Origin: Candidatus Hecatella orcuttiae
Lineage (GTDB): Archaea > Thermoproteota > Bathyarchaeia > Hecatellales > Hecatellaceae
DNA length: 64,000 nucleotides
Reading direction: 5' to 3'
Assembly: GCA_002011035.2 (NCBI GenBank)
Contig: MTLY02000003.1
Location: forward strand, 640,001 to 704,000
Under the pieces are notes generated by a model. It saw only the letters and a list, made by a program, of their open reading frames with translations. It did not search any database and was not told where the DNA came from. Both the position numbers and the translations under genes were made by a program. Shown here piece by piece: positions 1 through 9,586 of the stretch; within the stretch, counting starts at the first letter, position 1, and the number at the start of each line of letters is the position of its first letter.

Positions 1-129
1 TTCATGTCCTTCTGCCCTTGAGTTAAGTCGGTGGTTAGTCAAATTAAATCTTCCCTCTCTGGGGGCCGCTGGGGCTCAGCCATATTTTTATCTCAGTAAT
101 GCGTCCCTTTTTCAGGTCTGGTTTGGAGG

Positions 130-552
130 TTGTCAGGGCAACAGCTTTCCGAGAGCATCGAAGACTACTTGGAGGCCCTCTGGATCTCCGAGGAAGAGGG
201 CGCCAGCTTGGCGAAGATCAGCTGGATCGCCAGGCATTTGGATGTTTCCTCGCCCAGCGTCGTGGAGATGCTGAAGAAGCTGGAGAAGCAGGGCCTCGTC
301 GTCTACGAGCCTAGGGACGGTGTTAGGCTGACGGAGACGGGTAAAAAGAAGGCTGAGCAGATCATCCGAAGCCACAGGCTGGCTGAGCTTCTCCTCACAG
401 ACATCCTCAAGATGAAGCTGGATATGAAAACAGCCTGCGGGCTTGAGCATCATCTCTCCGAAGACGTGGCCGACGCCGTGTGCACCTACCTCAACCATCC
501 CCGCCTCTGCCCTCATGGAAACAAAATCCCCAAAGGAAACTGCTGTCCCTAA
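130..552 (+). CDS. DtxR/MntR-family metal-dependent transcriptional regulator (no FeoA domain)
   Basis: EDYLEAL start, HTH 'IARHLDVSSPSVVEMLKKL', 'RSHRLAELLL', 'ACGLEH', C-terminal 'CPHGNKIP'. Confidence 0.92.
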   Translation: MSGQQLSESIEDYLEALWISEEEGASLAKISWIARHLDVSSPSVVEMLKKLEKQGLVVYEPRDGVRLTETGKKKAEQIIRSHRLAELLLTDILKMKLDMKTACGLEHHLSEDVADAVCTYLNHPRLCPHGNKIPKGNCCP

Positions 553-609
553 GGTTTGGGAGCCCCGGTTTTTTGGCGTGGAGGAAGCAGCCTCTAAGGG
601 AGCGAGCCG

Positions 610-1701
610 TTGGTTAGAGTTGCAGGTATAGACCCGGGAACTGGAAGCTACGACCTCTGCGGGCTGGCCGACGGAGAGCTCATCCTCGACGAAAGCATCC
701 CCACCGAGGAAGTAGCCGGCAACCCGAGTCTGCTGCTGGAAGCCTTGAAGGCAGTGGAGCCGCTGGACTTGGTGGTAGGCCCCTCAGGCCACGGCCTCCC
801 CCTCATCCCCCTTAACCAAGTGGGCCGCCGGGAATACGCCCTTCTAGCCCTCCTCAGGCGGGATGAATGGGGCCTCCGCCCTCACCTAGGGCTTCGGAAA
901 GTTTTGCGGGAACTGCGGAAATCCCGGTTCAGGGTGATGCTCATCCCCGGGGTTAAACATCTTCCTACGGTTCCGGCTTTCAGAAAAGTTAACAGGATCG
1001 ACCTGGGAACCGCTGACAAGCTCTGCTGCGTTGCCTTGGCCATCGTCGACCAAGCCCGCCGGCTGGGCTGTGGCTACGCGGAGACCTCCTTCATCCTCGT
1101 GGAGTTGGGCGGAGGTTTCAACGCCTACCTGGCTGTGGACGGGGGGAAAATTGTCGACGGCCTTGGGGGTACCTCCGGATGGCTGGGCTTTCTCTCCCCC
1201 GGCCACTTAGATGGGGAGCTGGCCTACCTCCTCGAGGGGTTTAGGAAAACCCTCCTAAGCCGGGGAGGCGCCGCGCACGTTGCCGGATTGAAGCAGCTCA
1301 GCCTCCAGGAATTCGCTGAGAAGCTGGCTTCGGGGGACGGTCGATGCCGCTTGGCTTGGGAAGCCTACTTGGAGGGTGTGGAGAAAGGAGTCTCGGTGAT
1401 GAAGGTCTCCCTGCCAAGGCCGAGGGAAATTCTGCTCTCAGGCCGGGTGGTGAGGATGGACGCCCTGTGGAGGGATGTCCAACGCCGGCTGGCCTCGCGG
1501 GGAAAACTCAGAAAGCTTGGGGGGTTTGCCAAAAAAGCCAAGGAAGCCGCGCAGGGAGCCGCCCTCCTAGCCGACGGCTTGGCGGGAGGAACCCACAGGA
1601 GGCTGGTGGAGTGTTTGAAGCTCAGGGAGGCAGCGGGGACGGTTGTGGACCACATATACCTGGAAGGCTTCGACACGGTGAGGAGAAGCATCCTAGGTTA
1701 G
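610..1701 (+). CDS. DUF1464-family ASKHA-fold (butyrate-kinase-like) protein
   Basis: N-terminal 'AGIDPGTGSYD', 'GPSGHG', 'NRIDLGTADKL', 'KEAAQGAALLADGLAGG'. Confidence 0.8.
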   Translation: MVRVAGIDPGTGSYDLCGLADGELILDESIPTEEVAGNPSLLLEALKAVEPLDLVVGPSGHGLPLIPLNQVGRREYALLALLRRDEWGLRPHLGLRKVLRELRKSRFRVMLIPGVKHLPTVPAFRKVNRIDLGTADKLCCVALAIVDQARRLGCGYAETSFILVELGGGFNAYLAVDGGKIVDGLGGTSGWLGFLSPGHLDGELAYLLEGFRKTLLSRGGAAHVAGLKQLSLQEFAEKLASGDGRCRLAWEAYLEGVEKGVSVMKVSLPRPREILLSGRVVRMDALWRDVQRRLASRGKLRKLGGFAKKAKEAAQGAALLADGLAGGTHRRLVECLKLREAAGTVVDHIYLEGFDTVRRSILG

Positions 1702-1705
1702 CAGC

Positions 1706-2359
1706 TTAAAGGCTCGCTCCGTGTCCTCGAAGGACTTCTACAAGCTCCTCCATGAGCTTCTCTTTATCGGTCTTGGGAGCGGTTCTCCCCACCAGCTGCC
1801 GGTAGTGGGCGATGAGGGCCAGCAGCCTTCCCGCTTTCGTCTTCTTTCCCGTCTTCAGAAGGAAGGCCACCCTGGTGGCGTGGATGATGCTTTCGATGAG
1901 GGCGAAGGTCGCCCGGCAGTAGGCTTTAGGGCCTGAGGTCAGAGTTCGAACTTTCTCCACTCTGCAAAAGACAGAGGCTCTCTCCCGGTTTTCTCCCTGA
2001 ATGTCGACGACGGAGGCCTCCAAGTAGGCGTCAGAGTCCCTCAGCCGCGGGGCGTTCACCTTCTCCGCTTTCTCAAACCACTCCGGGGGGATGCTGATGC
2101 TGGGTTTTTCTCCTTTGAAGGCGGTGTGGAAGAAGATGCGGGGGTCGGCTGTCAGGTTGACGACGCAGTGGCGGCGGCTTCGGAGGTTTCTGAAGGTCTG
2201 GGTGTCGGTGAACGGTCTGATGACCAGTTTCCCCCCCTCATCCAAGGTGACGCCCATGGGCGCGGCGGCGGGCTGCCGGTTGGGGTTGTAGGTGGAAACC
2301 ACCGTCTCCACAATGAGGCCGGGGGCGAAGCCCAGCCTCAGAAGCCGTTTTTCCATCAT
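1706..2359 (-). CDS. DUF447-family protein (split-barrel, flavin-binding-like)
   Basis: 'ETVVSTYN...AAPMGV', 'TQTFRNL', 'CRATFALIESIIHATR'. Confidence 0.8.
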   Translation of the reverse strand: MMEKRLLRLGFAPGLIVETVVSTYNPNRQPAAAPMGVTLDEGGKLVIRPFTDTQTFRNLRSRRHCVVNLTADPRIFFHTAFKGEKPSISIPPEWFEKAEKVNAPRLRDSDAYLEASVVDIQGENRERASVFCRVEKVRTLTSGPKAYCRATFALIESIIHATRVAFLLKTGKKTKAGRLLALIAHYRQLVGRTAPKTDKEKLMEELVEVLRGHGASL

Positions 2360-2596
2360 GGATTTACATGGGGGCCTGTGGAATTTAAAGCCCCCTCCGC
2401 CTAGGAGCCGCCAAAACCTACCATCCCCCTGGGGGAATGCGTTTTCCGCTTTCCTGCGCTTCGGTTACAACGGTGAGATATGGTAGTATGTTTTCCCACC
2501 TTTTTTTTTTCAGCAGGTTTATTTCGGTTCGCAGGGATGTTCCCTTAAGGTTTCCTCCGGAGGCAGAAGCCCCGAAGCCTTGGGTGTCTCCGACAC

Positions 2597-3349
2597 ATGG
2601 ACTACCGCCGCTGGTATCCTCGGTATCGCCGCATAGCCCAAGCCCTGGGTCTAAGTGAAACCCACGACCAGCAGGCAACCGGCCTCCTCGCCAGCCTCAT
2701 CCGGGGGAGAGCTCTACGCCCCGAGGCTGTGCGCCGGAGGATGGCAGGCCGGAGGGTGGTGGTGCTGGGGGCGGGGCCTTCTCTGAAACTCGACTTGGAG
2801 AGGCTGCGGGAAGCCGGCCTTCACAGGAGTAGCTTCCTCGTTTCAGCGGACGGAGCGACCACGGCTCTGCTTGAAGCCGGCTTCACTCCTTCCTTGGTGG
2901 TCACCGACTTGGATGGGAGGCTGGAGGACATAGCGGAGGCTGGGAGGCACGGCGCCCTTTTGACGGTTCACGGCCACGGTGACAACATACCTGCTTTGAA
3001 GAGCTGGGTGCCTAGGATTGAAGGCCTCATCCTCGGAACCACCCAAGTTAAGCCGGAGGGGGAAGTCTACAACTTCGGAGGCTTCACCGACGGGGACCGA
3101 GGAGTCTTCCTAGCGGAGGAGATGGGCGCTAGGGAGATCATCCTAGCCGGCATGGACTTGGGAGAGCGGGTTGGAAGGTTTTCGAAGCCAAGCCTTGCCT
3201 CCGACGTGCCTGCCTCCCTGGTTAAAAGGTTGAAACTTCGAATAGCCAAGGAACTTCTGGAGTGGCTCTCCACCTGGGCTGAGGCTGAGCTTTGGAACTT
3301 CACCTCCGGGGGGGAGGACATCCGCGGGTTTCCTAGGCTGAAAAGCTAA
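2597..3349 (+). CDS. mptE: Archaeal 6-hydroxymethyl-7,8-dihydropterin pyrophosphokinase (DUF115)
   Basis: 'LGAGPSL', 'ADGA', 'VTDLDG', 'VHGHGDN', 'NFGGFTDGDR', 'KLRIAKELL'. Confidence 0.88.
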   Translation: MDYRRWYPRYRRIAQALGLSETHDQQATGLLASLIRGRALRPEAVRRRMAGRRVVVLGAGPSLKLDLERLREAGLHRSSFLVSADGATTALLEAGFTPSLVVTDLDGRLEDIAEAGRHGALLTVHGHGDNIPALKSWVPRIEGLILGTTQVKPEGEVYNFGGFTDGDRGVFLAEEMGAREIILAGMDLGERVGRFSKPSLASDVPASLVKRLKLRIAKELLEWLSTWAEAELWNFTSGGEDIRGFPRLKS

Positions 3350-3459
3350 AGCCCTCCCGGATGAGGCGGTGCTCCGGTGGCCCATAGTCTCAGCGGAATC
3401 CTCTTCTTCTAAGGTAACTGTTAAAGCTTGGGAGCCCCATAAAAATTAACGGTGAAACC

Positions 3460-3717
3460 ATGGAAGGAGAATGGCGTGAAGTAGGCCGGGTGGTTCATTA
3501 TTATCCGAAGATCGGAGTGGCCGTCGTCGAGCTGACGGGGGAACTCCGCGTGGGGGACAGGATCGCCTTCAAAGGCAGCACCACCAACTTCGAGCAGCCT
3601 GTGGAATCCATGCAGATAGAGCACAAGGACGTGCAGACGGCCCAAGCAGGCCAGTCCATAGGGCTTAAGGTGAAAGAAAGAGTCAGAGAACGCGACCTCG
3701 TCTACAAGCTGGCTTAA
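3460..3717 (+). CDS. Small EF-Tu domain II-like / U32 C-terminal-like beta-barrel protein
   Basis: 'VGRVVHYYPKIGVAVVEL...LRVGDRI...FEQPVESMQIE...GLKVKERVR'; GGTGA SD-like motif upstream. Confidence 0.8.
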   Translation: MEGEWREVGRVVHYYPKIGVAVVELTGELRVGDRIAFKGSTTNFEQPVESMQIEHKDVQTAQAGQSIGLKVKERVRERDLVYKLA

Positions 3718-3748
3718 CACCCTCCAGCCGGGGATTCCCAGCGCCTTT

Positions 3749-6136
3749 TCAGCCCTCGGGGAAGAGGGTTACCTGACCTTTCTTCTTCACCGCTCCAGCC
3801 TCTCCACCCTTCAACTGGTCTTCGGTGATGTTGAAAATTTGGAGAACCCTCAACGTAGCGGGAACTATCTGGTTGTCCACGTAGTAGTCCACGTCCAACC
3901 GGTCCGGTTCGGCTAGGAAGTAGGGAACCGCCCTCTGGTAGAGTTTCCCCTCCCCCCGGACGATGAGGTAGCCGACTTTGTCCCCGTAGGTCAACTTCCA
4001 ACCCTTCTCCCTGAGCTTTTTCGCCGCTTCCACGTGAGGAGCCCTCACCTGGTATTCCTCCAAAGGCTTGGTGATGGTCTTCCAGATGATGAGGTCCTCC
4101 ACGTTGAAGACTCCCCGCTTGAAGTCGAAGATGCGGCTGCGCACATATTCCACCGCCTTCTCCGGAAGCTCCTCCTTCAAGAGGATTTCCACCACTTTTT
4201 CCTGCACCTGCTTGGAGGCTTCACACCAGTCCCCCCGGGCTACCTCCAAACCCACGATGTCAACCCTCCCATCGGAGAGGAGCCCCGCGTACCTCTTCTT
4301 AGCCTCGGTGAACAGGACCCGCCGGTAGATGACGGAAGGCCTGATCTCCAAGCCGATTTCCCGGTTTACCCATTCCAGAAACTTCTTCACCTTGGCTTCC
4401 TCGTATTTCACGAAGACGCTGTCGGTGTCACCGTAGACGACCTCCAGCCCATGCTTCCTCGCCGCGGCGATGGTGTCTTGGATGGTCTTCCTCCCCAAGG
4501 CCGCTGTGGCTTCGGCTACTTGGCTCAGGAACCAGCGGGCGCCCCTCCAGCCGCAGTAGCCGTAGACAGCGTTGGTCACCACCTTGACGCTCTTCTGCCG
4601 GGCGTCCAGCAGCTTGTAGTTGAAGCTTCGGGGGTTCAACCCCTCCATCTTGCCGCGGATGTCCGCCCGGGCCTTCATCAGCTCCTCCAACACCTGCTTG
4701 TAGAACCCCGGGGGCTCCCTTCGAAACCGGTGGCCCACCTCAGGGGTGACGTAGGCTCCCCCGGGAGGCTCGGGCTCTTCGGGGTCTAGGTAGGTGTCTG
4801 GGGAGAGGTTGTACTTGATCATCAGATTGGGGTACATGGCTGAGAAGTCGAACACTGCTATGTCCCTGTGAAGCCCGGGCTCCGGCTCCAGCACGGCGCC
4901 TCCCTTGTAGGGGTAGTAGGGCTGCTCAACCCTCTTGGGAATCAGTTCTCCGAGGGTCAGGGCCTTCCGGGCCAGATACCAGTCTACTCTGAACCCCACC
5001 GCCGCGGAGCCCACGTGGTCCGCGGGAAGCCCTATGAGGTTGGAGAGCTGGAAGGCGAAGGGAAGCATCGCCTCCGAAAGACCCATCACCAGCCGGGTGT
5101 TCTGGACGCAGGCCTCCACCAGTCCCCTCCTTTTCTCCCGGTCTTTCCAGAGTTTACTGATCTCCGTCTCCGGGAGGTGGGGGGCCTTTTCAGAGCCCTC
5201 TACGCCCAGAAACCTAGCCACATTCGCGAGGGTTTTGACCTTCACTTCCGGTATGTCTTGGGCGAAGTCTTGGAGGTCCACGTTCGCCCGGCCGACGACG
5301 GACACGTGGCCGTAGAGGCTGGTGTGAGGTTCTCCTCCTGTCCTGTCCAAAGCCAGCTTGACTCCGTGTTTCCCGCATCGGTGGAGCAGATAAGGGAAGT
5401 CCAGCCTGTTGGAGCCGTAGCCCACCAGCACGTCGGGGTCGTAGGCTTGAACATGCTGGACGAAGGATTTCAGGAGGGCTCCGTCGTCGAATTCCTCCAC
5501 CTGAAAGGTTTTCACCGCTCCCTCACCGGTGAGGGTGGAAAGCACCAGCACAGGGTCTCTTTCAGGGTTGGGGGACCCTATCTCCGAGTGGTACACTGCT
5601 GAAAAGGCCAAAACCCTAAGCTTCGGAATGTCCAGCCTCTCCAGCATCCGCGGCTGCGACTTGGCCGAGTAGGCGGCTTTCACCTTGACTCCAGGAGGAG
5701 GGGTGATCTTCTCCCCGTCCACGCTCAGCCAGCCGCAGGGCTTGAGGTCTCCGTGGAGAAGATACTGGGATGAAACCCTGAAGTCGTCGTGGAGAACGTC
5801 CTTCACCAAGGGGTTTTTGGCCAAGACCTTAGGGTATTTTTCTAACGCTTCCTGGCCTACGACCTCAACCCTCACAGCCTTAAGCTCTCTGCCGAAGTAT
5901 TTTTTTCTCTCCACTTCCACGGCGACGAGGTCGGAGGCCTTGATGTTTTTCCTCGCCGCCTCGGCCACTTTCTCTGCGTCCTCCTCTCGATGGGGGAGAA
6001 GGTAGAAGGAGGGGTTGAAGCCTCTGTCCGCCACCAGAACCCGGTTTCCCGCTTCGTCCACCCCCCACATCCTCACTTCGGAGCCGCCGTCGACTGTCTC
6101 GTGGTTTACGTCCAGCAGCCAAAAAGAAACCTTCAC
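3749..6136 (-). CDS. polB: Family-B DNA polymerase (PolB3-like) with degenerate 3'-5' exonuclease motifs
   Basis: Polymerase motifs 'DFSAMYP', 'KVVTNAVYGY', 'YGDTDS', 'KKRYAG'; C-terminal PIP-like 'QVTLF'. Confidence 0.95.
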   Translation of the reverse strand: MKVSFWLLDVNHETVDGGSEVRMWGVDEAGNRVLVADRGFNPSFYLLPHREEDAEKVAEAARKNIKASDLVAVEVERKKYFGRELKAVRVEVVGQEALEKYPKVLAKNPLVKDVLHDDFRVSSQYLLHGDLKPCGWLSVDGEKITPPPGVKVKAAYSAKSQPRMLERLDIPKLRVLAFSAVYHSEIGSPNPERDPVLVLSTLTGEGAVKTFQVEEFDDGALLKSFVQHVQAYDPDVLVGYGSNRLDFPYLLHRCGKHGVKLALDRTGGEPHTSLYGHVSVVGRANVDLQDFAQDIPEVKVKTLANVARFLGVEGSEKAPHLPETEISKLWKDREKRRGLVEACVQNTRLVMGLSEAMLPFAFQLSNLIGLPADHVGSAAVGFRVDWYLARKALTLGELIPKRVEQPYYPYKGGAVLEPEPGLHRDIAVFDFSAMYPNLMIKYNLSPDTYLDPEEPEPPGGAYVTPEVGHRFRREPPGFYKQVLEELMKARADIRGKMEGLNPRSFNYKLLDARQKSVKVVTNAVYGYCGWRGARWFLSQVAEATAALGRKTIQDTIAAARKHGLEVVYGDTDSVFVKYEEAKVKKFLEWVNREIGLEIRPSVIYRRVLFTEAKKRYAGLLSDGRVDIVGLEVARGDWCEASKQVQEKVVEILLKEELPEKAVEYVRSRIFDFKRGVFNVEDLIIWKTITKPLEEYQVRAPHVEAAKKLREKGWKLTYGDKVGYLIVRGEGKLYQRAVPYFLAEPDRLDVDYYVDNQIVPATLRVLQIFNITEDQLKGGEAGAVKKKGQVTLFPEG

Positions 6137-6174
6137 GCCTCAGCCACCCGGAGGGAAGAATGAGGCCTCGAGAA

Positions 6175-6654
6175 CTATAAGTTTTCTGTGGCGGAAGGTG
6201 GCTTGAGGCGCAGGGACATCACCAGGGCGTTTTCCCCGTCCTCGTAGTATTTTTGAAGGATTTTCCTAGGCTGGAAGCCTAGGGACTTGTAGAGGCGGAT
6301 GGCAGCCTTGTTGCTTTCTCTAACCTCCAGCAAGACCTCGTCGACATCCTTGTTTTTGAGGGTTTTCACCAACTCCGCCATCAGCCTCCACGCTACCCCC
6401 CGCCGCCTGTAGTGGGGGTGAACGGCTACGGAGACCAGCCGGGCTGTGTGTCTTCTCTCGACGATGGACGACACGTAGCCTATTATCCTCCCTTCCCAAA
6501 CAGCCACTAGGAAGCCTTCAGGGCTGAGGGTCATCAGGTTTTCTAGGAGACTCCTAGGGTAGGCGTCTTTAAAGGAGGCTTTCTCTATTTCCACAATCCG
6601 CCCTATGTCCTCCGCCCGCACCGGCCTAACTTCGACGCTCGGCATGGCTTCCAC
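6175..6654 (-). CDS. rimI: RimI/Ard1-type GNAT N-acetyltransferase
   Basis: 'VAVHPHYRRRGVA', 'LEVRESNKAAIRLY..LGF', 'YYEDGENA'. Confidence 0.88.
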   Translation of the reverse strand: MEAMPSVEVRPVRAEDIGRIVEIEKASFKDAYPRSLLENLMTLSPEGFLVAVWEGRIIGYVSSIVERRHTARLVSVAVHPHYRRRGVAWRLMAELVKTLKNKDVDEVLLEVRESNKAAIRLYKSLGFQPRKILQKYYEDGENALVMSLRLKPPSATENL

Positions 6655-6724
6655 GGGCCTTGAAAGGCAACGTACATATATGAAGGTCTGAAGCTTTTAT
6701 TTCCTCTACCCTGAGGCAGCCTCC

Positions 6725-7807
6725 ATGAAGGTGCTCAGCTTCGACGCGAAGAAGGGAACAGCCGGCTTGGCCGTGGAGACGCTGGACGACCTTTGGCACC
6801 TCTACAACCTAATCTTCCAAGGGGACATCCTCTACGCCAAGACAAGCCGGGAGATCAAAGGAGCCAACGAAGGGGCGAGGCCCAGCTGCGGGCGGAGGGT
6901 ATGGATGACCTTAGGCATCAGGGTGGCCGACGTAGCCTTTGACAGGAGCACTAACAGGCTGAGGGTGCGGGGTCAAATCTTGGAGGCGCCTGAGCGCTAC
7001 CAAGGCCTCAAAGGAGCCTACCACACCATAACGCTTCTTCCCCACAGCCTCCTCAAACTCGTCAAAGAAAAATGGCCCCCCTACCAGCTTGACCGCCTCA
7101 GAAAAGCCTCTCGCGCCGAAGGGCGGCCCTTCATCGTGGTGGCAGCCGACGACGAGGAAGCCTGCGTCGCCGTGGTCAGGCGGTTCGATGTGGACGTGAA
7201 ATTCGAGGTAGCCGCCCGGCTGCCGGGGAAGAGGGAGGCGGGCAGGAGAAGGGGTGCCCTTCAAAAATACTTCGAGGAAGTGTCCAGAGGCTTGGGTGAG
7301 GTTTGGAAGTCAATCCGGGGGCCCATAGCCGTCGTCGGCCCGGGTTTCATCAAGGAGGAGCTCGCTGCATATGTGAGGAAGCATCCAGCCCTCCGGCCTC
7401 CTCCTAGGATAAGCCTCTTCTTCGCCAGCACCGGCGGCTTGGCGGGGGTTAAGGAAGCCTTGAGAAGCGGGGTGCTCCTCAGGTTCTTCAAGGAAAGCCG
7501 CCTCCTCCAAGAGGCAAGCTTGGTGGAGAAGTTTCTAGCCCGCCTCTCCACCCAAGGGAAGACCGCTCTCTACGGGGTGGAAGACGTGGAGAACGCAGCG
7601 CGCCGCGGGGCTGTGGAAGACCTGATGGTCGTTGACACCTACCTGCGAGGAGGCTCCGACGAGGAGCGGCTTCGCTTAGAGGAGGTCATGAGGGAGGTGG
7701 AGAGGAAAGGCGGAAAAGTCACCATCCTCAGCTCGGAGCATGAAGGCGGCGAAAAAATCCTCTCCTTCGGCGGCGTAGCCGCCTTGCTCAGGTACCCGCT
7801 GTGGTAG
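6725..7807 (+). CDS. pelA: Pelota (aDom34) ribosome-rescue factor
   Basis: 'ETLDDLWHLYNLI..GD', 'GAYHTI', 'VGPGFIK', 'SSEHEGGEK..SFGGVAALLRY'. Confidence 0.95.
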   Translation: MKVLSFDAKKGTAGLAVETLDDLWHLYNLIFQGDILYAKTSREIKGANEGARPSCGRRVWMTLGIRVADVAFDRSTNRLRVRGQILEAPERYQGLKGAYHTITLLPHSLLKLVKEKWPPYQLDRLRKASRAEGRPFIVVAADDEEACVAVVRRFDVDVKFEVAARLPGKREAGRRRGALQKYFEEVSRGLGEVWKSIRGPIAVVGPGFIKEELAAYVRKHPALRPPPRISLFFASTGGLAGVKEALRSGVLLRFFKESRLLQEASLVEKFLARLSTQGKTALYGVEDVENAARRGAVEDLMVVDTYLRGGSDEERLRLEEVMREVERKGGKVTILSSEHEGGEKILSFGGVAALLRYPLW

Positions 7808-8009
7808 ATTTGAAGGTTGGAAGCTGGAAGGTAGCCCGCTGTGAAACGGCGTTAACCCTTTCTCAGTGTTATGCCATTATAACATGGAATTATTCAGAGC
7901 AGCTTCAACCGTGCTGTCGGTGAGGGTTGTTGCGCTTTTTCCGCGGAGAGGGAGAGTCCTTAAAAGTTAGGAAGACGCTGTGTTATGAAAATTTCAGGGG
8001 AAGACCTCC

Positions 8010-8348
8010 ATGGAAGCCATCGTAGTCTACACCACCACCTCCAGCGTGAAGGAGGCTAGGAAGATCGCCCGCCACCTCCTCCGGAGAAAACTGGCAGCCT
8101 GCGTGTCTATCCTAGGCGGTGTGGAGTCGAATTTCTGGTGGAAGGGAAAACTGGACAGGGAAAAAGAATGCATCCTGATGGTTAAAACCCTGAAGAAACA
8201 CTACCCCTCGGTGGAGAGGGAGATAAAAAAAATCCACTCCTACGAGCTCCCTGAAATCATCGCCTTCAAAGCATCAGCCGGGCTTCGGGATTACCTAACG
8301 TGGATGGCCGAAGCCGTGGAGGCTGGGCCTCCAGAGGAAAAAGGATGA
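8010..8348 (+). CDS. cutA: CutA divalent-cation tolerance protein
   Basis: 'KLAACVSI', 'SNFWWKGK', 'IHSYELPEII'. Confidence 0.93.
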   Translation: MEAIVVYTTTSSVKEARKIARHLLRRKLAACVSILGGVESNFWWKGKLDREKECILMVKTLKKHYPSVEREIKKIHSYELPEIIAFKASAGLRDYLTWMAEAVEAGPPEEKG

Positions 8349-9478
8349 GCATGAACGCTGGGCTGACGGGGCAGGGAAACCTGCTGATTCTGCTTTTCCT
8401 CCTAGCTTGGCTTCTAATATACTCCTTGGGAAGCCGGTTTAGGCTGAGGGAACGCGGCTTAGACATCAAGCCCTTCATCCTCATCCTCAGGACTAAAAAA
8501 GTCAACGGGCTTCTGGAACTCCTAGCCGGCAAGCTCAGACGCCCCCTGCCCGTGATGAGCAACATCTCCTTGGTCCTCGGGGTCGGCTTAACAGCCTTCG
8601 CCACCTACATTTTCGTGAAAAACCTTTACTCCTTCTTCTTCCGGGTGGAGGAAGCTTTCCCCATCTTCCCCGCGGTGCCGGTTCTGACCATCCGGGAAAC
8701 CCTGCCCTACTTCCTCCTCTCCGCCGGCATCATCATCCTCGTCCACGAATTCGCCCACGGCGTGGTGGCGAGACATGAAAAAGTCGACGTCAAATCCGCG
8801 GGCATAGTCCTCCTAGGCTTGATTCCCGGCGGTTTCGTGGAGCCTGACGAGGAAAGCTTCAAAAAAGCGGAGAGGGAGAAAAAGCTCAGGATCCTAGCCG
8901 CAGGCTCCTCAGCCAACCTAGTCTTCGGCCTGCTCATGATTCTCCTCATCGTCGCTCTCTTCCCCCCAGCCGGGGTCATGGTCAACCAGGTGGTGGAGGA
9001 AAGCCCCGCGGCGGAGGCAGGGCTTCAAGCCGGAGACATCATCAAATCCGTCAACGGTGTTCCCACTTCTCACCTGGAAGCTTTCCGGAGGGAGATGGAG
9101 AAGGTTTCAGTGGGCTCCACCGTGGTGCTGAGGGTTGAATTCCACAACGGCACCCAAGCCGACTTGGCCGTGGCCACCATGGGGGCGGAGGACGATGAGA
9201 CCCGGGCTATCGTAGGCATCTACCCCTCCAACTACGTGAGGTTCATGAACTACTACTGGGCTGTTTTCTGGGTCCAAGTCTGGTCCATCAACATCGCCAT
9301 CTTCAACATGCTTCCCATCTACCCGCTGGACGGAGACGGCTTCTTCTACCATCTTGCGGAAAAATACGTCGGGCAGAGAGCCCGGCTTCTCCGCGTCGGC
9401 CTCACCGGCTTCTACCTTCTCCTCCTCGGACTGAACATCACGCTGACATTTATGAGGTTCGGCTTCATATCCATATAA
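8345..9478 (+). CDS. Site-2 (M50) intramembrane metalloprotease with PDZ domain
   Basis: HEFAH zinc motif, 'GGFVEPDE', PDZ 'SPAAEAGLQAGDII', 'NMLPIYPLDG'; ATG at 8345 overlaps the cutA stop. Confidence 0.92.
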   Translation: MSMNAGLTGQGNLLILLFLLAWLLIYSLGSRFRLRERGLDIKPFILILRTKKVNGLLELLAGKLRRPLPVMSNISLVLGVGLTAFATYIFVKNLYSFFFRVEEAFPIFPAVPVLTIRETLPYFLLSAGIIILVHEFAHGVVARHEKVDVKSAGIVLLGLIPGGFVEPDEESFKKAEREKKLRILAAGSSANLVFGLLMILLIVALFPPAGVMVNQVVEESPAAEAGLQAGDIIKSVNGVPTSHLEAFRREMEKVSVGSTVVLRVEFHNGTQADLAVATMGAEDDETRAIVGIYPSNYVRFMNYYWAVFWVQVWSINIAIFNMLPIYPLDGDGFFYHLAEKYVGQRARLLRVGLTGFYLLLLGLNITLTFMRFGFISI

Positions 9479-9586
9479 AATCCTTTGCTTTGTTCACCCA
9501 AACCGGATGGCTGCCATCTTTCCCTCACCCACGAAGAATAAAGGACGTAGAATGATACTTGGAAGCTTCTGGCTGAAAGTAGGAAG

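Noticed and set aside
4034-5602. Long antisense ORFs opposite polB (similar ones lie opposite psmA, SBDS, rrp4 and rrp42)
   Set aside because: Shadow ORFs caused by GC-rich codon bias of well-supported genes.
7862-7889. Palindrome with 6-bp spacer considered as a Xer dif site
   Set aside because: Arm polarity (TTAT-N6-ATAA) is opposite to dif (ATAA-N6-TTAT).
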